A DNA stretch of 64,000 bases from positions 34,162,001-34,226,000 of the forward strand of contig CM022670.1 of the NCBI GenBank assembly GCA_012295275.1. The letters are read 5' to 3'. Both the position numbers and the translations under genes were made by a program. The notes under the pieces are model-generated. The model was not told where the DNA came from, did no database searches, and worked only from the letters and a program-made list of their open reading frames with translations. The DNA is from Chrysomallon squamiferum. Its lineage: Eukaryota > Animalia > Mollusca. Below, piece after piece: positions 13,666 through 25,533 of this stretch. The first letter of the stretch is position 1; each line of letters opens with the position of its first letter.

Positions 13666-16600
13666 CTGAAAATAAAAAAAAAAAAAATGAAGCATTTTGT
13701 AATAGCAGGCATATCATTCTCCAGTCCAAATTTAATATTTCTATTAAAACCAAAATTGTTATTCCGAAGTGTTTGGCTGACATATCCCGATCCAAACTAA
13801 TTGTAAGCTACAATATTTTGAATTAATACATGAAACAAACATTAAATTTATTTCAAAACGTGTCTTTATTGTTTATAAATTTTTGTTCCCGATTTTGTAT
13901 TCAAATTGTGACAAGAATATTGTAAACATAAAAGCTTTCTTATTAAAGGTTTATTTTGTTGTTTCTTTTTTCTTTTCTTCGCCCCACGCCTTTAAGGTAT
14001 AAATGTTATAATAATTGTTTATAGAACAAACCTGTGGAAGATAAAAGTTGTTTTTTGCTGTCAACTTCATAAAACTGTTCATTTGCTCGTCGTTTTCTTT
14101 CGTCCATTAACGATTCCATTTCCTAAAACAAAATAGAAGATAATAATTATAATGATAGAAGATGAAGAAGAAGAAGAAGAAGAAGAAGAAGAAGAAGAAG
14201 AAGCAGAAACAGAAACAGAAGAAGTTGATGATGACGATGATGATGAAAAAGAAGCAAAGGAAATAGTTTAACGTTTAATATACTTAATTATTTTCTAATT
14301 ATTTTCTGATGTATCAGGGTTGGAACCGAAAGAGGCAACGTCGTCTTTCTTTTACGTATCTTTCACAAGAATATTACAAAGAAAAATGGGAAATGAGGAT
14401 TATCATGCTCTTAAATGGCGCATTAATACAGTGCTTTATTCCTGTGTATAATATTATTTATCAGAAAGAAAAAAAATTAGATGAAGATAAATACACTTAG
14501 TATTTTCGTTCAGATAACCTTGCAAAGCCTATAGCAGAAGTAAGTTTTAATTCATATTCAAATATCTTTTTATTTTGTGTTTTTAAATAATTAATTTTAT
14601 TGAACTAACCCCAGAATTTCTACAATGTCGGCTTCCGCTAACATGGCGTCTGCTTTCAGCTACGGCCTTCACCTCTGGTCTCGGGTGATCGTGGTAACCT
14701 TTGGCCTGGAAGTAAACACCTCCGTTACAGTGACGCCAGAAATGTGTGACAGGATATCCGCAGTGACCACGACAAGCCATTAATTCAAGACGACCATTAC
14801 AACTTGAGTTAGGACACCTCTTACCTAGAACACAGGGAATATATGTGTTAGAAAATCAAATATGAAGTAACTAAAATAATAAGTTTAGATTACAGTATAT
14901 TTCTAAAACAATCAAAAACGAAAAGAAAAGGTAGAAATAATGATTAATTTGAAAAAACAACCTGTTAAGTTACGCTTGAAAGTTGATGGATTGTCTCATC
15001 TTTTATAAAACAAAAATTGTGTAATACAGGAACATCTCTTTGAAAATGTACTAAACGTTTCTATAATCTAAAATTAATTATTCGTCCTTTCTCCACATAA
15101 ACAATTTTCAAATGTTAATATCTACTAGACAAAAACCTTTAAGGCCAACGCAACCCGCTACCAGATCTTAACCAGAGCTAATTAAGACTATAACATTCTG
15201 TCCTCTTAAACAGTCACTTGAATTACTAATATTTGTTGGGAAGCAAAACCATCCAGGTCAGACGTGGATGTAAGACGGTTACTTTCTTACAAGTGAAACA
15301 CACCTATTTGTTTTCTCCTCGCTTTGTCGCAGATGGCAGGACGAAGGTGGACTTTGTCTCCGTTTTCCAACATGCAGTCCAAGTTGCACACGAGGACGCC
15401 AAGACACGATTTCTTCAGAATCAGGGCGTTGTGGTTGTTGGTGTTTCTCATGGCCCAGCCGCTGACGTGGCGCCTCGAGTCTTCTTGTTCAGGACTGTAA
15501 ACGTAGCGACAGTGTCCGTTTGGCCACACTTGAAACTTGTCTAATTTCTCCAACTGTAAATAGATCATAATAATATCCATGATTTTTTAATTTATTATTT
15601 ATTTTTAAAAGGAAATTTAATTCATATTAATTATTATCAGTTTTTGGAATCAATCAGTAACAAAACAATGAAAAGTATTTATTTCAAATGAAATTTAAAA
15701 AATTCTTATGATAGTGTATTTACATTTCTGTTCGTTTATTCATAATTATATTCTTTCCAGTATCGTCATAATGAACCATTATTAAAGCAGCCAAAGGTAA
15801 TAAAAATAATAATAATAATTCTAATGTTACTCGTATTACTACTGCTATTACAGTTACTATTAAGCCTACGACGACCACCATCATTATTATGCAGAGTCGC
15901 TTAAGACCGCTCGAATGCTCATCCTTAAAGGAACCGATTATTTGGGAAAATGTGGTTTTGAAACGGAACGAAAATCCCGTTCATATATTCAGAACGGTAG
16001 TATCGTTTTCTCCACCCAGCCAACACTAACAACCAACAGGCGAGAGAGAAGAGAGAGAGAGAACAGTGTTTTACAGCCGAGCTTAAACGATCCCTGTGTT
16101 CTGTAGCAGATTTATGTTAGGGTCACCGCTTTCTACTCAGCCATCCGTGACGGTAAATTGTCAGATTTCTTCTAACTCGCTGCACTCAGTTCAACACGAA
16201 TTAAACTTTAATTGAATAACAACTCAAACTCGTCGTCTTGGGGTGATAATAAATAACTGAGGAAAAATAAAACCCGTGGCCTGGCGATCTGTGGGTGTGT
16301 TATCAGCTTGTATTTAGTCAGTGTCTCTCTCTTATTTTTTTCAAGTCCTCAAATAACCGCAAATTAATTCTTTTGAACAGGTGTTGCAGTAGGAAACAAA
16401 TCGCCTTTGTGGTTCATCGCCTTCTGGACATCTTTTTACCGTTAGCCGAGCTGTATAAACGGTAAAGCTATTAAACTACAAGAACGGTAATTACGGTTCG
16501 TGTCGCCCAATTGACCCGATCAGTGAGGATCCTGTTAAAAGCAATTCTTGTTTGTTATTCATGATATGATGATGGACCAAACTTGACGCTGTTCTTTTCT

Positions 16601-19171
16601 TTTTAATTTTTTAATGCAGTTTTCCTACTTGCTATTTGATTGATTGATTGATTGATTGAATATATATATATATATATTTATTTATTTATTTATTTAAATG
16701 ATGTTAGTTTCTTTCATTAACTTTGTTGTAAAATATATGTATCATCAAATAAACATAGACTTTAAAAAAAAAATCAACAAAAAAATCTGTAACTTTTATC
16801 AGTTAACAAACAAATGTAGGAAAAATAAAATTTAAAAAGTGTTCGAAAAGGACGACTTTGACCATTTGTTTAGTATCTTGTAACTTCTATAAGTATATTT
16901 TAATTTGCTGAATAAAGCCCACAGAAGTAATAAAACTAAATAAAATTAAGGTTTAATTCAGAACATTTCAGAGACATTTGAATGGAATGAAGTATATTGA
17001 TTTCTAATTTATAAAAAAGACATTCAAAGAAGAACAAAAATAAACAGAATAAAAAAGACGTTACGTCATACTTTTCAAATTCTTTGTGACTCTGTAATCC
17101 GATATTACATAAGTGATAATTGGATAAAAAGTGAATTTCATTTGAAACCCGACATTATGTTAAAACCCTGCTATTTAGATAATTAAAAAATCAAAAGAAG
17201 AAGGCGATATCTTTTCAAATATACATCCTCATTTCTGCCGAAAATGTTTTATTTTCCGTATAGAGTTTCACAATATTGTCCTTTAAACCCTCATCCATCA
17301 AGTAAACCGTCTGTCCACATGTTTGTAAATTTACATAAATTATTAACTCGCGTTCCTCTTGCACATCTCTATATTTCAATGCGGACAATTTAATAATACA
17401 CGCGTGAGGACGCCATCTTAGTCGTACACATCTATTTCTCGACTCGGCGCACGGCGCAAGAAGGAGATCCATGACGACTTTGTCATTTGGCAGCGAGAGA
17501 GAAAAAAACACGAACAGTTTTGTTTACTGGAAGATGCGGGCGACTCCCTGTCTAAACGTAGTCATCAGCCACATGTCATAGGGGCCGCCCGAACACCCCC
17601 GGCCGTCTTTTTACGAACTGTTCCGAGTATCTGCCCCGTGGAAGATAAAAAAAAAGAAGGAAAAAAACGAGAGAAAAAAAAAAGAAGGGTGTTTTTTGTT
17701 CCTACTTGGCGGGTTATGTCTAGGTTAGCCATATCGTTGAGTTGTCCAGATTTTTGGTTATTTATTGTTTTTATTCACATTCTAAAGTAACTTCACTTCT
17801 GCTTCACTTTTCCCTTCAGCGGGGAATTATAAGGGTACGAAAATAAAAGTGACTGCTGTTGTAAAATTGATATTAGTGTGTTTTAACGTAAAAGGTGGCG
17901 GATTAGAGGCTATTATTACCAAATCAGGGCTGTATTTTATGTCTAGAATAACAATCTCGGGTAAAATGAAAAAAAATAGAATAGAAAGAGAGAAAGACAG
18001 AAAAAGCGGGCAGAACAAAACAAAATGAAGAAAAGATAAATATTTTTGTAAATAAATAAATGTTTTTCAAAATAGAAACCCACAAAAAAGCTATTAATTA
18101 AATGTTGATATTTTAATTTTATATATTTTAAGATAAGCCAAATAACTATCATTTTATTTTAATAATTTATTTGTTTACTTGTTTGTTTCTTTATTCGTTA
18201 TTGCGTGTCTATTGTTGTTGCGGTGTATTTTTATTTTTTTTTATTTTTTTTGGCTTTATACCACAATACTACCATCACAGTGGACCTCAAAACAAAACAA
18301 AAAAACAAAAAAAATTCCTGCATTCTGCGTCTCTCTTTGATCATACTAACAAGTAAGTCACAACAGCGCCCTTTTTAACCGGTCGCGATCTTTCGACTTT
18401 ATTCGGAATTGTCCGCGCCAAATCGAACGGAAAAATGCGAAGATCATAAACCATTTCGGATGACGGTGTTTGTGTACCTGTTCACTGAAGGGTAAAAGGT
18501 GCTTAATTCAGTGTTTTATTACTTCGCAATTAACAAGTAATTATTTGTTTCTTTTTTCACGGGAATATGACAGGCCTGGAGCAAACGGCTTGCGCGCGAA
18601 AACTTTGAAACTGCTTTTGTGAGGTATGCTGTTCAAGTGTGGCCAGGTTTGAAAGAGCGACAGTTTTTAAAACTTTTTCAAAAGAAAACGTGTCCTGATA
18701 AAATACAAACGTCCAGCATTCAGGATGAAGAAATTAATCTGTTATAACGACCAGTGACTCCATTTATAATGTAATAAAGTAGTATTGTGGCAACAGAATA
18801 TTGAATGTGGTTAAAGTTAATTGAAGGTATTTAATACAAAATAAAAACATAATGGTCAAATAAATATGTAAATAAAGAAATTATATATAGCAAATATTAA
18901 ACGAATGCATTAAAATAAAGGGATATATAAAAAGGAAAATCAAAGAAAAGATAACATCAATTATAACACTGATTATGTTATGAATATGCATCATTATTAG
19001 TTTCATTAATTTCATACTGTTCCTATTATATTTTATTAGTGCTTACAGAGAAAGTATCTCTTTCAAAATTTAATTTTGTACCCGTTACAAAAGTTTAATT
19101 CAGCTCAATAAAAGTAGCAATACTCGCTTTTTCTGAACTGAGAGCAAATAGGTATTTATTTACTTCTTTAG

Positions 19172-19244
<73 letters not shown>

Positions 19245-20130
19245 TTATAATCATTGTTACTATTGCTGCTGTTACTACTGCTAGTGCTAGTATTTAAATG
19301 TATTTATTTGTGAAAAAAACGACTATTTCCAAATGCTCATAAATGTGATATTTAAGGATCTAGTTTCTAATAATCTAAATAATAATAATAAAAAAAAAAA
19401 AAAAAAATAATAATAATAATAATTATTATTATTATTATTATTAAAAACAATAATTCCTTTCTTTTATTACATTTCAGATTTAACCGACTAACCTATTACT
19501 TCAGCATAATTTGAATAAAATTTGACTTCAGCCTAACCGTAAACGTTGCGACTTTCAACTACCGAACGTGTTGTTTCATAAGCCTTGTCTCCAGGTGGAC
19601 AATACTTTCACAAACAGTGAGGATTTCCCTGCCTTAAAAATACAGCCATGTTCCGTGTACGATAAAGTAACTGAAGCCGAAAATTACCACTAAACAAATA
19701 AAGACTCGCGGTCGTCTGCCGGACAAAAGATACGCGGGCGCGAAACGGCGCGAATCGGCGCGTGGCCGGTGTCATCATTGTCTCGCGGGCTCGCGTTCTG
19801 ACACCCGCCGACAATCAACAACCGGGCAGCCGATCTCTGACGTGAATAAAAGTCAAATTAAGAAGGTTAAAGTTCGGCGGAAAGCGACTGCGCTAGCGCA
19901 AAAAGCTGACTGGTTTACGCAATAAAAGTTTGACTGGCTCTCACTCTGGGAAGGTTCGTGTCGTTTATGTCCCACTGCTGACTGGGGCGGCCCTGTCCGC
20001 CTCTCTGCTCCTCCTGACTCCGCGGCGACGTCTGCTGAGTGCGGTCCGGCAGCAACATGTTCTCCTCGGCTTGAGATCGAGACAGCAGCCTTAACGACGA
20101 CATCACTGCGGAACTTTCGTCCAGCAACAT
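12506..20130 (-). CDS. gcm: Glial cells missing (GCM) family transcription factor, complete spliced CDS: join(20130-19945, 15553-15304, 14824-14610, 14122-14032, 13665-12506) = 1902 nt, 633 aa
   Basis: Hallmark GCM-domain motifs [49 protein letters not shown] and [13 protein letters not shown]. All introns are GT-AG with matching phases (0,1,0,1). Stop TAA at 12506-12508. Confidence 0.96.
14032..14122 (-). CDS. gcm: gcm coding exon 4 ([30 protein letters not shown]; basic NLS-like RKRR)
   Basis: TTTTGTTTTAG|GAA acceptor and CAG|GTTTGT donor, 91 nt. It supplies exactly the phase 0 to phase 1 change needed to join the last exon in its long open frame. Not in the ORF track. Confidence 0.85.
14610..14824 (-). 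CDS. gcm: gcm coding exon 3 (C-terminal half of GCM domain, Zn ligands)
   Basis: TTCTAG|GT acceptor and GGG|GTTAGT donor, 215 nt. Encodes [30 protein letters not shown]...HDHPRPE. Confidence 0.95.
15304..15553 (-). CDS. gcm: gcm coding exon 2 (N-terminal half of GCM DNA-binding domain)
   Basis: TTTACAG|TTG acceptor and G|GTGTGT donor, 250 nt. Encodes [19 protein letters not shown]...[12 protein letters not shown]...CDKARRKQI. Confidence 0.96.
19945..20130 (-). CDS. gcm: gcm coding exon 1 (MLLDESS...[11 protein letters not shown])
   Basis: Acceptor TTCTTATTCAG (exon starts 20135), ATG at 20130, donor AGA|GTGAG. Contains the WDIND start of the GCM domain. A downstream Met could be the true start. 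Confidence 0.9.
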
Positions 20131-20628
20131 GGAGCCTGAATAAGAAATGAAGAATAAGTGTTTACAGAGATAATGAAGAAGAAAAAAAATTATAAATAAA
20201 TAAATGAATAAATAAATAAAAAAAAAAAACAAATAAATAAATAAATAAATAAATAAAAAAATAAATAAATAATAAAAAAAGAGTTAAATAATGGAAATTT
20301 ATTTTAGATTGTTTTAGGTATAAATCTTCTTAAGATTTTACGTAGCTAAGATTTATTTAAAACTGTTTTATAAAACATTGAAAAGCTTTTAAAAACAAAA
20401 AAAAAAAAGAGACAGTAATGAGCAGTAATCGTTACTATTATATCCTATTATAATACAATTACAGCTGCATCTACTACCACCATTACTACTACGACTATTA
20501 CTACTACCATTAATATCACTAGTACTACTATTATTATTATTCAGCTATTACTATTTTTATTTAAAGAACAGAAACAAAAAATAAGTAATTAAATAAGGAA
20601 ATAAAGTTTTAATCAAACAAATAATAAT

Positions 20629-20660
<32 letters not shown>

Positions 20661-20673
20661 AATAAATAAATAA

Positions 20674-20728
<55 letters not shown>

Positions 20729-21492
20729 AATATAATAATAATAATAAATGTGGTTTCATTAATAAAGGTGTCATATACAAAACACGTGGCCAAGATAAAC
20801 TATTAAAATAATAATAATAATAATATTAATAAAATTAAATTCGAACCCAAATCATTTTATTTATTTATTTATTTTTAAAAGTCATTAAAAAAACAAAAAA
20901 AATCAAACAATGGTGACAAATCATAGTCATTTTTAATCCTTTAACCACGGTCTTTATTTCAAGTTCTAAACACGCACCCCACTATTAGCTATTCTGGTTT
21001 TTTCTCTCTTTTCTCTATGCGACATTAATTAAGAAAATTTCGACTTTTCCGCATAAAAGAATCGAAAACGTCGGTTTACCGTGCCCAGGAGCCGAGCTGT
21101 TTTCCAATAAATAACAAATGAATTATTACCAATCATTACTGTCAAGTAATAACTTCTACTGCTTTATATGGGCATCAATTAAAGATGTAGACAGTTCGTG
21201 AATACCGACGGCACGCGCACACCGAGGAATGCACGTGCGCTGTACGCGCGAGTGACCGCGGACAGCGACATCTATTGACGGAGGAACAAATCTGAGGAGA
21301 CGTTTAAAACGCGGACATGATGTTGAGCGGGAGTACAAATTGTTAAATACTATCTAGTCCATAAATTACGTTTGACAGAATCTATATCGAATGTAGTTCA
21401 GCAGATTTATACTGTCGCGTTAAATTTTTAACGACGTCAAGTGGATTTTTGCGATCGTTTTGTGGACATTTTTATTGGAATCTTGATAAATG

Positions 21493-21528
<36 letters not shown>

Positions 21529-21924
21529 GTTGATTGTTGTTGTTGTTGTTTTTGTTGTTGTTGTTGTTGTTGTTGTTACTGTTGTTGTTATTATTATTTT
21601 ACTTTATTTTATTTTATTTAAAAAAAAAACGAAGAAAAGAAAGAAAATAAAAAAAAAAAAAGAAAATAACATTATTATTATTATTTTAATAACTATGAGA
21701 CGGTTATCGTATTGTTTGTTGTTGTAGGTAATTTTAGAAATAAACATTGTAATTTATAAGAAGATATATTTTTGGTGAAATTAACATTGATATTTATTAC
21801 ATACATGTATTTTTTTTTGCACGGTTTCTATTTATATGATACAACAACTCCTATCTCTACTTTTACTAATTCTACTACTATACAAAAACAGAAAAAGAAA
21901 AAATTAAAAATAAGAATTAATTAA

Positions 21925-22238
21925 AGATTACTATTACTACTATTACTACTACTGCTATGTCAGCTACTATTTCTAATGCTACTACTGCAGCTGTTGCTTC
22001 TACCATTAATACTACTACTGCTCCTGCTACTTTTACTACTACCACTGCTACTGCTAGTCCTAATTTCATTAATACCACTACCTCAATTATTTTGAACACT
22101 ACTGCTACTACTAACGATATTACTATCATCATCATGCTTTTACTACCATAAATAGCCTTTTGCAGTTACAACAATAACAGCTACTACTACTACCAGTACT
22201 ATTACCATCAACACTACTAATAATAATAATAATAATAA

Positions 22239-22269
<31 letters not shown>

Positions 22270-22290
22270 AAGAAGAAGAAGAAGAAGAAT
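21925..22290. repeat. Degenerate (TAC)n tract plus (TAA)n(GAA)n in gcm intron 1
   Basis: Direct inspection. Confidence 0.85.
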
Positions 22291-22387
22291 AAGAATAATA
22301 AAGAACAGGCGGATAAATGCTTATCGATATGCATATTAATACAAATTAATATAAATGAAAAAAGAAAGATGTATTTATTTATTTATT

Positions 22388-22418
<31 letters not shown>

Positions 22419-22628
22419 TTATTTATTAATTATTCTGATTATCTTCTAGAACAATCTTTTTAATTAAATTAATGAATAGAAAATCGATGTTACATATTGC
22501 TTAACAGAAAAAAGCGATACAAATATGAATAAAACTACTCAATTACAAATTTAACAAAATCAATATTAAGAGATTTATTATTATTATTACTACTATTATT
22601 ATTATTATTATCATTATATTCATTATCG

Positions 22629-22682
<54 letters not shown>

Positions 22683-22939
22683 GTTGTTCTTGTTGTTGTT
22701 AATATTATTATCTTTTTAATTAAAGTAGATTATAACAAAAACAATAAGTATATTAAAATCCCAAGAAAACAAAAAACAAAACAAAAAAAACAAAAAAAAA
22801 AACAAAAAAAAAAAAAAAAACCATCAATAAAACAAAAAATATATTATAATTTAATTTGATACAAGTTATAGAATTAAAATTATTAAAAGCAAAATATTCA
22901 AATCTACTAGAATTATATTTCAAAATAATTTTATTGCTA

Positions 22940-23160
22940 AATAATAATAAAATAATAATAATAACAGTAGAAGTAGCAGTAGCAGTAGTAGCAGTAGTAG
23001 CAGTAGTAGTAGTAGTAGTAGTACTAGTAGTAGTAATAGTAGTAATAGTAATAATAGTAATAGTAGTAGTAACAGTAGTAGTAGTAGTAAAAAATTTAAA
23101 ATTTAAAATAAATAAATAAAATAAAATAAAATAAAATAAAATAAAATAAAATAAATAAAT
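22940..23160. repeat. (TAA)n / degenerate (GTA)n / (TAAAA)n compound repeat
   Basis: Direct inspection. Confidence 0.9.
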
Positions 23161-23211
23161 AAACAAACAAATAAAATAAATAAATAAATCTAATCTGAAA
23201 TTTCGCCTTAC

Positions 23212-23285
23212 CTTTGCAATGTCTTCTCTTCTTTTTTTTTCAGTTGACGTTTCCTGTTCGAATCTTCCACACGACACTCAGAACT
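23212..23285 (-). other. gcm: Predicted non-coding first exon (5' UTR) of gcm
   Basis: Consensus donor AAG|GTAAG at 23212/23211. Initiator-like TCAGTT at 23287-23282. After splicing, an in-frame TGA lies upstream of the 20130 ATG. TSS is inferred. Confidence 0.6.
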
Positions 23286-23620
23286 GATTCAGCTCGCTGT
23301 CACTCCGTCAGGCTTTATTCCGGGCGTCGGACTGGACACACCCCATGTGCCTGTTGCTTATTCAAGTCCAATGTGCTCGCTTAACGCATGCGACATTGTC
23401 CTAACAATTATTTGTAACGCACGAGCGAGACGGAACGTGCTACGCGCAAACCAGCCAATGAACGAACGTCTTGTGTCGCGCCTAAGGAAATAACGGTTTC
23501 GCGAAGGCTGGTGAATACAACGACGTCGCTGCATTATAACTTTATTTAAACATATAGCGTGATTAAGAGGGGGAAACGGCGGTTAGTGTGTCTAAACCGC
23601 GTGTTTTTCTTTATACTCGC
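23286..23620 (-). promoter_or_regulatory. Putative gcm promoter (CpG-rich island)
   Basis: CpG-dense tract directly upstream of the predicted exon 1. TATA-like AATAAAG at 23319-23313, about 30 nt upstream of the Inr-like motif. Confidence 0.55.
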
Positions 23621-24284
23621 CGACACATTTCTCATGTATTTTATGTATGATAAAGTGAGTTTTTTTTTTTTTTTTTTTTCTCTCCCCATTTTGGTTTTGC
23701 TAATTCTTAATGAAGTGAAAAAATGTAACCGTAATAATAATAATAATAATAAAAAATGTAACCGTAATAATAATAATAATGATCATGATCATGATGACAA
23801 CAGTAACAACAACAATAAACAACAACAAAAATTAAAATAATAAAATTAAATACAATAAATAGTTACATTAATTTGATTGTTATGTTCATTTCTGTACAAC
23901 AGAAAGTAATATGTATATGAAAATTTAAATAATCGTACTTTCAGCAAATACTAAAAGCAGTAATTAAATATTAAAATCAAACACAAATGAAAGAATGTGA
24001 AAAAATAACACATACAAAAATATAAAATAAAGTTCATTGTAGATATTTTGCTTTACAGAAAACAATAATTATTTCTAGAATTTTGATTTTATTTCATTTG
24101 ACTTACAATGTGTTATTGGTTTTTTTTTTCAAATTAAATTTTATTCTGTGAGACTGTTATTATAAATAATTTAAATATCAAACCAAGAAAAAACTAATGA
24201 AATTATTTTCTATAAGTCAAAGAGATGTTCATGTCAAAAATTACAGATATTGTGCAGTCTATAATTCTGAATAAAAAGATCGAA

Positions 24285-24324
<40 letters not shown>

Positions 24325-24663
24325 CACTATATATTATCTAAACCTGTGGGACTTTGTCGTAGCTTTAAATATTATTTCGCTAAATTATATTCAAGAATCA
24401 TTTTTGTTTTCAATTTTTTTTTTGATACAGATATAATTATTTATTTCTTCTATAATTTACTGAATGTATTATCGTATGAAGAATAAAACAGCAGCTAACT
24501 CATTAACTAACTAACTAAATTAATTAATTTAATTAATAAGAAAATAAATAAATAAGTGAATGAATAAATAATTAAATGAGTAAATTTTGGAAAAATCTTT
24601 TATTTAATTTTACAAACAATAAAGAAAAATTGAGTGAAATATCTACAATAAAAAAAGTAATAA

Positions 24664-24694
<31 letters not shown>

Positions 24695-25121
24695 AATAAA
24701 TCAGAATACAGTCAGCAATAAATACAATTTGAAATACTGAATTACACTGAAATAAAAATGAATACATACGCAAAAACGTGAATGCGTTAATACAGGATCC
24801 AGCTATTTATTTTTTTCATTTCGTTTTATTTTCAAAAGTACATGGATTTATTTAAATTCCGCATCAGTAAACACTGATTGGCAAATTCATTTATCTCAGA
24901 TAATATTATATCACAAAATCTTTATAACAAAATCTAAATAGCAGTAACAATGACAGAAAAGAAAAATAACAAAGACAGAACTATAAATATAAATTTAAAA
25001 AGTGAATAATAGTATTAATAATAATAATAATAATGCCAAAAATATGAATAATAATTTGAATTATTAGAAACGAATAAATACTGAACAGAAAATAACCTAA
25101 TGTGATATTTCAGTTTAAACA

Positions 25122-25172
<51 letters not shown>

Positions 25173-25176
25173 ATTC

Positions 25177-25218
<42 letters not shown>

Positions 25219-25487
25219 TGGAAAAAAATTAATTAGAAAGTGATAATTAACTAAACTTTTTCATTTTCAAAAAAAACATATGTCTTCTGTTTATTAAAGC
25301 TTACTGATAATACAAATAGTATTACATAGTGTGTCTATAAAACATATACTGAGAGAAGAGAGTATAGCTTGCACCATATTTTACGTTAAAATTTAGTATG
25401 TTGTTATTTTAATTATTCCGTAGAGATACAGTATATCTATCCATTAACCAGACTGTTATTACCTACGACAAAGAACTCTAAACTGAT

Positions 25488-25533
<46 letters not shown>

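Noticed and set aside
13276-13695. 139-aa alternative-frame ORF as the gcm C-terminus
   Set aside because: Only needed if the 91-nt exon at 14032-14122 is skipped; with that exon the long frame is used.
13666-13795. N-terminal 43 aa of the 429-aa ORF
   Set aside because: Intronic read-through upstream of a clear polypyrimidine/CAG acceptor at 13666-13690.
14290-14361. Possible extra gcm exon ([11 protein letters not shown]...)
   Set aside because: Weak AAG acceptor, no good donor before an in-frame stop, and not needed for phase.
23718-23780. Exact ~33-bp duplication AAAAAATGTAACCG(TAA)n near the gcm promoter
   Set aside because: Simple slippage at a (TAA)n tract; no sign of function.
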